The notes under the pieces were generated by a model, which was not told the origin of the DNA, searched no databases, and saw nothing but the letters and a program-made list of their open reading frames with translations. Positions 58,130 through 64,000 of a stretch of DNA of 64,000 bases are shown piece after piece (position 1 is the stretch's first letter; the number at the start of each line of letters is the position of its first letter). Location: NCBI GenBank assembly GCA_963790305.1, contig CAWBOC010000010.1:96001-160000 (forward strand). The letters are read 5' to 3'. The DNA is from an uncultured Gemmatimonadaceae bacterium. Its GTDB lineage: Bacteria; Gemmatimonadota; Gemmatimonadetes; Gemmatimonadales; Gemmatimonadaceae. The translations under genes and the position numbers were made by a program.

Positions 58130-58825
58130 TCACGCCCCGCTTATCATGTAGCCCACACCGCGCACGGTACGAATCAGCGGCTGCGCCTTGTCGTCGCCGA
58201 GCTTCTTGCGCAGGTAGTTGATGTACACGTCGACGACGTTCGTCGCGGGGTCTACCTCGTACTTCCACACGTGTTCGGCGATGAGCGATCGCGATACGGC
58301 CTGGCCGGCGTTGCGGACGAGAAACTCGAGCAGCGCATATTCCTTCTGCGTCAGGTCGATCTCGCGTCCGCTTCGCTCGACACGTCTGGTGAGGGGATCA
58401 ATGGTCACGTCGCCCGCACGAAGGGTGTGATCCGCCGCGAGGGACGCACGTCGCAGAAGCGCTTTCACGCGGGCAATGAGCTCGGTGAGGTCGAATGGCT
58501 TCGGCAGATAGTCGTCGGCGCCCGCTTCCAGCCCGCTCACCTTGTCCGAGACCGTGCCGCGCGCGGTGAGCATGAGAATCGGAGATCGAAATCCCTTCTC
58601 CCGCAGCTCGCGCGTCACAGAGACGCCGTCGCGATCGGGCAGACCGACATCGACGAGCACCACCTCTGGACGTTGCGAGAGCGCAAGCTGAAGCCCACTC
58701 TGTCCATCCGATGCGCTCTTCACCGAAAAGCCGGCGCCCCCGAGGACGCGCTCGACGGCGGACCGCACGTCGGGATCGTCCTCGATCAAGAGGATCGTGT
58801 GCGCCTGAGTACCGGAATCGCTCAT
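58130..58825 (-). CDS. OmpR-family response regulator
   Basis: LLIEDD, LVDVGLP, GADDYLPKPF, LTQKEYALL, TNVVDVYINYLRKKL, IRTVRGVGY. Confidence 0.93.
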   Translation of the reverse strand: MSDSGTQAHTILLIEDDPDVRSAVERVLGGAGFSVKSASDGQSGLQLALSQRPEVVLVDVGLPDRDGVSVTRELREKGFRSPILMLTARGTVSDKVSGLEAGADDYLPKPFDLTELIARVKALLRRASLAADHTLRAGDVTIDPLTRRVERSGREIDLTQKEYALLEFLVRNAGQAVSRSLIAEHVWKYEVDPATNVVDVYINYLRKKLGDDKAQPLIRTVRGVGYMISGA

Positions 58826-58869
58826 AGTCGGAGAAACATGACCGCGTCTGCTCGGCGAGGCAACGTGCA

Positions 58870-58943
58870 GAGGTCGTCGAGGTTGTCGAGGAGATCGAGG
58901 TGAAGCGACGACCCTCGATCACCTCGACAACCTGAACGACCTG
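58870..58943. repeat. Palindromic 9-mer element (GAGGTYGTC variant)
   Basis: GAGGTCGTC GAGGTTGTC GAGGAGATC GAGG ... CCTCGATC ACCTCGACAACCT. Confidence 0.7.
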
Positions 58944-58998
58944 TTGTTCCAACGTTATGCACTTTTAACGAATCGGAAGGCAGACTATTCTTCCGCCC

Positions 58999-59445
58999 AT
59001 GCTCCGCGACCGTTTGCTGCGTGGTGTGTGGATCGGACTTGTGGCAGCGGCGGCGACCGCGGGGGCACTGGTCGGCTTCGGCTGGGTGCGAGGCTCGCCG
59101 GTGCAGCCGCTGAACACGATCGCCCACGTGCTGGTTGGAAGCCGCGCCTTCTACGTCCGCGAGGCGCATCCTCTGGTGACACCGGTGGGGATTCTCGTGC
59201 ACGCCCTCTCGCTGATCCTCTGGGGGATGCTGTTCTCACTGGCAGTGGGGCGGCGACGCGGCGCGTGGCTATGGGTGGGCGCGGTCCTGTTCGCCGTGGC
59301 GGTCGCCGCCATCGATTTCCTGGTTCTTCCGGCTCGCCTCTCACCAGGGTTCGAGGCAGTGGTCACGCGCGGCGAGATCATCGTCATCTACGCCCTCATG
59401 GCAGCCGCGATGGGGATCACGGCGGGAAGCCTCCGCGAGAGCTAG
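58999..59445 (+). CDS. Four-TM hypothetical membrane protein
   Basis: Four hydrophobic segments; GILVH motif. Confidence 0.7.
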   Translation: MLRDRLLRGVWIGLVAAAATAGALVGFGWVRGSPVQPLNTIAHVLVGSRAFYVREAHPLVTPVGILVHALSLILWGMLFSLAVGRRRGAWLWVGAVLFAVAVAAIDFLVLPARLSPGFEAVVTRGEIIVIYALMAAAMGITAGSLRES

Positions 59446-59683
59446 GCGAACGCCCCTCGTCATTTCCTCCATTGTCTCCCCCTCGCGACATTGTGTCCGA
59501 CGTCCCACGCTCGGTCACACTCGCGTCACGCGTCACGGTGCCCGGAACTTTCCATGGCGCATTGTGTTGCACCATAGGGCAACGACGCACGCGGGACGGC
59601 CTCGCTCTTGCCAGTAGCGTGTGTGAGTTGCTCGTGACGTGGTGTGCATGACGCACTCGGTGAAGGTTCTCATGGAGGGGAAG

Positions 59684-60214
59684 ATGGATGTCCTCGTAAT
59701 GCTCGAGGATGGCCCCGACGAGTCGCCGGTGCTTGCGCGGGTGGATTCCGTTCCGGCCATGGTCTCGACTGACCATCGTGCCCGGGAGGTCGTGACGCTG
59801 TACGGCACGCCCAAGGCGGAGTACCTCACGCTCGCACTCGCCGCGGCGGTGGAAAGCCACCGCACGGCTGGCTATGGGTCGGGTGCTTTCCGACACCTCG
59901 GCGTTTGGTCCGAGCGCGGTGCCGTGGGGGATGCGGCGTGGCGCGACGAGATCACCGGCGAGCTGCTGACCCGCGACGTGGACATTCCGTTCGCGGTGTT
60001 GAGCGAGACAGCGATTCGGCTCAAGGAGACGTGTGGCCCGATGATCGGTCGACTCGTCGCCGGATTGGGGATGCCGGATTGGCCAGAGGGAACGTGGCGA
60101 GCCATCAGCTTCCGGCTCGACGCGATGGTGGACCCGGCCGCGTTCGAGGCGGACGAGATCCTGGAAGTGCTTCGCGAAGCGGATGGCCTTACCTACGAGT
60201 ACGAGGGAGACTGA
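59684..60214 (+). CDS. Hypothetical cytoplasmic protein
   Basis: GGAGG RBS before ATG 59684; coding-like codon usage; followed by a terminator. Confidence 0.65.
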   Translation: MDVLVMLEDGPDESPVLARVDSVPAMVSTDHRAREVVTLYGTPKAEYLTLALAAAVESHRTAGYGSGAFRHLGVWSERGAVGDAAWRDEITGELLTRDVDIPFAVLSETAIRLKETCGPMIGRLVAGLGMPDWPEGTWRAISFRLDAMVDPAAFEADEILEVLREADGLTYEYEGD

Positions 60215-60253
60215 TCGATCACTCTGATTCGTCCGACCATGCGCGGCAACGCG

Positions 60254-60290
60254 AAAAGGGCCATCTCAGTTCTGGGATGGCCCTTTGTTT
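60254..60290 (+). terminator. Intrinsic (possibly bidirectional) terminator
   Basis: AAAGGGCCATCTCAG-tt-CTGGGATGGCCCTTT followed by GTTT. Confidence 0.75.
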
Positions 60291-60333
60291 GGGGGTCGGG
60301 GATCGGGGATCCCTGACCCTCACTCCTACCCCT
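60291..60333. repeat. Degenerate family C element
   Basis: GGGGGTCGGGGATCGGGGATCCCTGACCC. Confidence 0.5.
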
Positions 60334-60367
60334 TGACTGACCTCCACCCGCCTCGCACGCTCAGAGC

Positions 60368-60626
60368 ATGCCCCGTCCCACGTCCCGGAACTCCCCCAAT
60401 CGATCGTCAGGCAGCGAGCGGCTCTTCTCTGACGCGGCTGGGCGGTTGTGGAGCGCGGCCTTTTCCACGACCAGGCAGGACGCGCTCGTCTTCTCCTGCC
60501 TGAGTGACGCGCGCGCGCCCACGCGCGCTCTCGCCGCACCGCCACGGTTCCGCCTGTCCGACGCCACCGACGACGACCTTCGACAGAATGCTCTCGGAGG
60601 CACCGGAGGTCGGACGCCTGATGTAA
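60368..60626 (+). CDS. Small hypothetical protein with a probable +1 frameshift at 60587
   Basis: RLFSDAAGRLWSA...LVFSCLSDAR...DDDLRQ. Removing one A gives MLSEAPEVGRLM-stop just before a repeat element. Confidence 0.45.
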
Positions 60627-60644
60627 GTCGGCATTATTTCCCTG

Positions 60645-60752
60645 AACGTCCGAAGACGTCGGGGTTCAGACGTAGGGAGTCAGGTATCGGGAACCGTTGC
60701 GGTTCACTGACATCTGATCCCCGACGTCTGACTTCTGACGTCTTCAGACGTT
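60645..60752. repeat. Palindromic element related to the 5935 element
   Basis: AACGTCCGAAGACGTC ... GACGTCTTCAGACGTT arms with internal GACGTC/TCAG heptamer-like units. Confidence 0.75.
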
Positions 60753-60767
60753 GCCCCGGGTTTTGAC

Positions 60768-60796
60768 TTGCCCTCCCTCGTGCCCCGGGGTACCAT
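60768..60796 (+). promoter_or_regulatory. Candidate sigma70 promoter of the EF-G paralogue
   Basis: TTGCCC-17-TACCAT. Confidence 0.45.
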
Positions 60797-60841
60797 AGCC
60801 GACAGGGAGTCTCGGTAACGCGGCGAACGAGGAATGCGCCT

Positions 60842-62950
60842 ATGAGGGAATACAGCAGCTCGGAAATTCGGAACGTCGCGGTCGTTGGACATGGAGCGAG
60901 CGGGAAGACGAGCCTCGTCGACGCGCTCGCTTTCGTTTCCGGGGCAAGCAAGCGTCACGGTTCAGTGCGCGACGGCACCGCGCTCACCGACTACTCGCCC
61001 GAGGAGGTCGACCGCAAATACTCCATCAACCTCGGCATCGCGCACGCCGAGTGGATGGATACGAAGGTCAACCTGATCGACACGCCCGGCTATCTCGACT
61101 TCCAGGGCGACGCGGTGTCGGGCCTCGCTGCCGCGGACGGGGCGCTCTGTGTCGTGAGTGCCACCGCCGGCGTCGAAGTCGGAACCGAGAAGATGTTTCG
61201 AGAGGCGGTCGACCGGGGCGATCCGGCGCTCTTCGTCATCACCATGCTCGACAAGGAGCATGCGAGCTTCGAGCGGACCTATCAGGACATCAAGTCGCGA
61301 CTCACGGGCAAGGTCATCCCCGTCGAGATTCCCATCGGCGAGGGTCCGAAGTTCCGCGGCGTGATCAACCTCTTCGCGAAGAAAGCATACGTTTACAAGC
61401 AGGGCGCGAAGAGCGCGGAGTACGACGAGGTGGACATTCCCGAGGAGGAGCAGGGTCGGTTCGATCATTACTACCAGGAGCTGATCGAAGCGATCTCGGC
61501 GACCGATGACACGCTCCTCGAGCACTATCTCGAGGGCAACGAGATCGGGCGCGACGAGGCGATTCAAGGAATGAAAGAGGCGATGAAGCGCATGGACCTC
61601 TTTCCTCTGTTCTGCGTCTCGGCGGACAGCATGATCGGAGTGCGCGCGCTCCTCACGGAGATGGTTCAGCTGATGCCGTCGGCGTACGAAATGGAGGAGA
61701 TTCACGCGTTCAAGGGGGCGGAAGGCGACAAGACGGTCGAGATCCACGCCAAGGATGACCGTCCGTTCGCTGCGCTCGTGTTCAAGACCATGAGCGAGCC
61801 TCACGTGGGCGACGTGTCCTTCTTCCGAATCTTTCAGGGCGTGGTCGTGAACGGGCAGGAGGTCTACAACGCGACGCGTAACGGGGTGGAGAAGCTGAAT
61901 CACCTGTGCGTGGCGCAGGGGCGCGATCGTGCCGAAGTCACCAAGCTGCACGCCGGCGACATCGGCTGCGTGGCGAAGCTGCGCAACACGCATACGAACG
62001 ACACGCTCTCGACGAAGGACCATCCGGTGCGCCTGCCGCAGATCCAGCTGCCCGAGCCGCTCGTCGCGATGGCGGTACACGCGACTGCGCGCGGCGACGA
62101 GGAGAAGCTCCAGGCCGGGCTTCATCGCCTGCACGACGAGGACCCGACGTTCGAGACGCGATACAACGCCGAGACGCACGAGACTGTGATCTCGGGCATG
62201 GGCGAGCGGCATCTCGAGGTGGCGATGTCGAAGCTCAAGCGAAAGTACGGGGTGACGGGGGAGATGTCGAAGCCCAAGGTGCCGTACCGTGAGACGTTGA
62301 TGGGGAAGGGAGAGGGGCAGGGTCGCCACAAGAAGCAGACGGGGGGGCGTGGGCAGTTCGGAGACTGCTGGGTGCGCATCGCGCCGCAGCCACGGGGCAA
62401 AGGCTACGAGTTCGTCGATGAGATCGTCGGCGGCTCCATCCCGCGAAACTTCATTCCGGCGGTCGACCGGGGAATTCAGGAGGCGGCCGTCCGGGGAGTC
62501 CTGGCGGGATATCCAATGGTGGATTTCCGCGTGGAGCTCTTCGATGGCTCGTACCACTCGGTGGACTCGAACGAGATGTCGTTCAAGATGGCCGGCATTC
62601 TGGCGTTCAAGACCGTCGCGCCGAAGTGCCGGCCCGTTCTTCTCGAGCCGCTCGATGAGGTGGAAGTCATGACGCCCGATACCTACATGGGTGACATCCT
62701 CGGTGACCTCTCCTCGCGCCGCGGCCACATCCTGGGCTCTGAGCCGTTAGGCGACGGGCGCGGCACTCGCATTCGGGCGATCGTGCCGCAGTCGGCGCTC
62801 CACCTGTACGCGACCGACCTGCATTCGATGACCCACGGGCGCGCAACGTTCACGCGGCGGTTCAAGGGCTACGAGCAGATGCCGCCCGACGTCGCGCAAC
62901 GGGTGATCGCCGAGTCCTCGAAGGAAACCAGGGAGATGCAGGAAGTCTGA
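60842..62950 (+). CDS. fusA: Elongation factor G paralogue (EF-G2-like)
   Basis: GHGASGKT, DTPGYLDF, GMGERHL, KKQTGGRGQFG, DGSYHSVDS. G2 is RKYSI and G4 is TMLD (divergent); not in the str operon. Confidence 0.9.
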   Translation: MREYSSSEIRNVAVVGHGASGKTSLVDALAFVSGASKRHGSVRDGTALTDYSPEEVDRKYSINLGIAHAEWMDTKVNLIDTPGYLDFQGDAVSGLAAADGALCVVSATAGVEVGTEKMFREAVDRGDPALFVITMLDKEHASFERTYQDIKSRLTGKVIPVEIPIGEGPKFRGVINLFAKKAYVYKQGAKSAEYDEVDIPEEEQGRFDHYYQELIEAISATDDTLLEHYLEGNEIGRDEAIQGMKEAMKRMDLFPLFCVSADSMIGVRALLTEMVQLMPSAYEMEEIHAFKGAEGDKTVEIHAKDDRPFAALVFKTMSEPHVGDVSFFRIFQGVVVNGQEVYNATRNGVEKLNHLCVAQGRDRAEVTKLHAGDIGCVAKLRNTHTNDTLSTKDHPVRLPQIQLPEPLVAMAVHATARGDEEKLQAGLHRLHDEDPTFETRYNAETHETVISGMGERHLEVAMSKLKRKYGVTGEMSKPKVPYRETLMGKGEGQGRHKKQTGGRGQFGDCWVRIAPQPRGKGYEFVDEIVGGSIPRNFIPAVDRGIQEAAVRGVLAGYPMVDFRVELFDGSYHSVDSNEMSFKMAGILAFKTVAPKCRPVLLEPLDEVEVMTPDTYMGDILGDLSSRRGHILGSEPLGDGRGTRIRAIVPQSALHLYATDLHSMTHGRATFTRRFKGYEQMPPDVAQRVIAESSKETREMQEV

Positions 62951-63025
62951 GGCGCTAGAGGCGCCAGAGGCGCTAAAGGCGCTAGAGGGTGCAGCGCCTC
63001 TGGCGCCTTTAGCGCCTCTAGCGCC
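62949..63025. repeat. Family A palindromic 9-mer element
   Basis: Four GAGGCGCTA-type units facing TAGCGCCTC-type units. Confidence 0.85.
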
Positions 63026-63050
63026 GTCTTTTCCAAAAACGGAGGTCTTC

Positions 63051-64000
63051 ATGAGTTCTCGAATGTTTGCCCTGCTGTGCCTCTTCGCTCCGGTCGCGCT
63101 CGGTGCCCAGACGACCGGCACCGTCCAGGGCACCGTCACGGACGCGGGCAACGGACAACCACTTGCCAGCGCGCAGGTGAGGATCGAGGGCACCGCGATG
63201 GGTGCGCTCTCGGATGCGTCCGGGCGCTATACCATTCCGAGCGCCCCTACGGGGCGCCGGGTCGTGATCGCGCGCCGCATCGGGTATGCGGAGGCGAGAC
63301 GGGAAGTCGACGTTTCGTCCGCCGCGTCCGCGACGGCGGACTTTTCCATGACCGCCAGCGCGACGACGCTGGGTGAAGTCGTCGTCACCGGGACCGCCGC
63401 TCCGACCGAGCGGCGCGCCATCGGGACGAGCATCGCCAGCGTCGACAGCACGGCGATCAGCAAGTCGAATGCGGTCACCATCGATCAGGCATTACAAGGA
63501 AAGATCGCCGGTGCGCAGATCGTACAGAACTCCGGGACGCCGGGTGGGGGAGGCGTGACCGTGCGCCTGCGCGGGACGAGCTCCTTCATCTCCGGCTCGG
63601 ACCCGCTGTATATCGTCGACGGCGTCATCATCGACAACAGCTCATCGACGCTGCGTGATCTCGGCTCCCGCGGCAACGTGCAGAATCGACTGGCCGACCT
63701 GAACCCCGCTGATATCGAGCGCATCGAGGTGATCCGCGGCGCGGCCGCGGCGGCCCTCTACGGCTCCCGCGCCAACAATGGCGTCGTTCAGATCTTCACC
63801 AAGCGTGGCACCGCGGGACGTTCGCGCATCAGCCTGCACAGCCGCGTCGCGCAGAGCGAGCTTCCGACCAAGCTGCGCATCAACGACTATCCCTTCGACA
63901 TTCAAGGGAACCCGGTAACCCGCGTCGATGCGCAGGACCTGATCTTTCGTGACGCCCTCACGATCGAGAACAATCTCAGCGTCGATGGCGGGAACGAGCA
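63051..64000 (+). CDS. SusC/RagA-type TonB-dependent receptor (3' end outside window)
   Basis: GGAGG RBS, signal peptide, carboxypeptidase-regulatory-like domain, EVVVTG, PLYIVDG, DIERIEVIRGAAAAALYGSRANNGVVQIFTKRG. Confidence 0.92.
   Translation, partial: MSSRMFALLCLFAPVALGAQTTGTVQGTVTDAGNGQPLASAQVRIEGTAMGALSDASGRYTIPSAPTGRRVVIARRIGYAEARREVDVSSAASATADFSMTASATTLGEVVVTGTAAPTERRAIGTSIASVDSTAISKSNAVTIDQALQGKIAGAQIVQNSGTPGGGGVTVRLRGTSSFISGSDPLYIVDGVIIDNSSSTLRDLGSRGNVQNRLADLNPADIERIEVIRGAAAAALYGSRANNGVVQIFTKRGTAGRSRISLHSRVAQSELPTKLRINDYPFDIQGNPVTRVDAQDLIFRDALTIENNLSVDGGNE

Noticed and set aside
59555..59571. Sigma54 promoter TGGCGCATTGTGTTGCA
   Set aside because: GG-to-GC spacing is 11 nt, not the required 10. 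A nearby GGAAC-N17-GTT ECF-like match was too weak to list.
4276..62728. Long alternative-frame or antisense ORFs (e.g. 4276-6009, 12283-13923, 17402-19111, 35043-36785, 55147-56835, 60962-62728)
   Set aside because: Arg/Ala/Pro-rich shadows of well-supported genes, expected in GC-rich DNA; no motifs.

Overview
GC-rich, gene-dense bacterial chromosomal segment. The gene repertoire and the lipoprotein and repeat style suggest Gemmatimonadota; this is inference, with no marker search run. Housekeeping and transport content: LmbE-like deacetylase plus an Fe3+/thiamine-type ABC transporter, a GT-C glycosyltransferase, a PAS hybrid kinase with an ANTAR regulator, ndh, a BMP/nucleoside ABC transporter, nadBAC, YyaL, an M20 dipeptidase, a two-domain multicopper oxidase/ZIP/beta-barrel operon under a DtxR-like operator, TamB/Omp85, rho, a desaturase, PBP1A, DUF1800/DUF1501, an M23 peptidase, two MFS transporters, a GGDEF-STAND-TPR protein, an EF-G paralogue and a SusC-like receptor. 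I found no rRNA, tRNA, CRISPR array or transposase. The best candidate for an undescribed system is at 38.7-42.6 kb. A 44-aa lipopeptide gene (not called as a separate ORF in the track) with a C-terminal Cys loop and its own terminator converges on a ~410-aa cytoplasmic TPR protein. Both promoters carry the same 21-bp-periodic TGTCYYAAAAGTG motif. They sit beside a pseudo-receiver AraC regulator, a single-domain receiver and a stand-alone HisKA protein, which resembles a Rap/Phr-like peptide signalling module. Also notable: a lipoprotein with an HF|S autoproteolysis-like motif, three families of palindromic 7/9-mer repeats (some in-frame inside proteins), and three +1 frameshifts that are probably sequencing errors.
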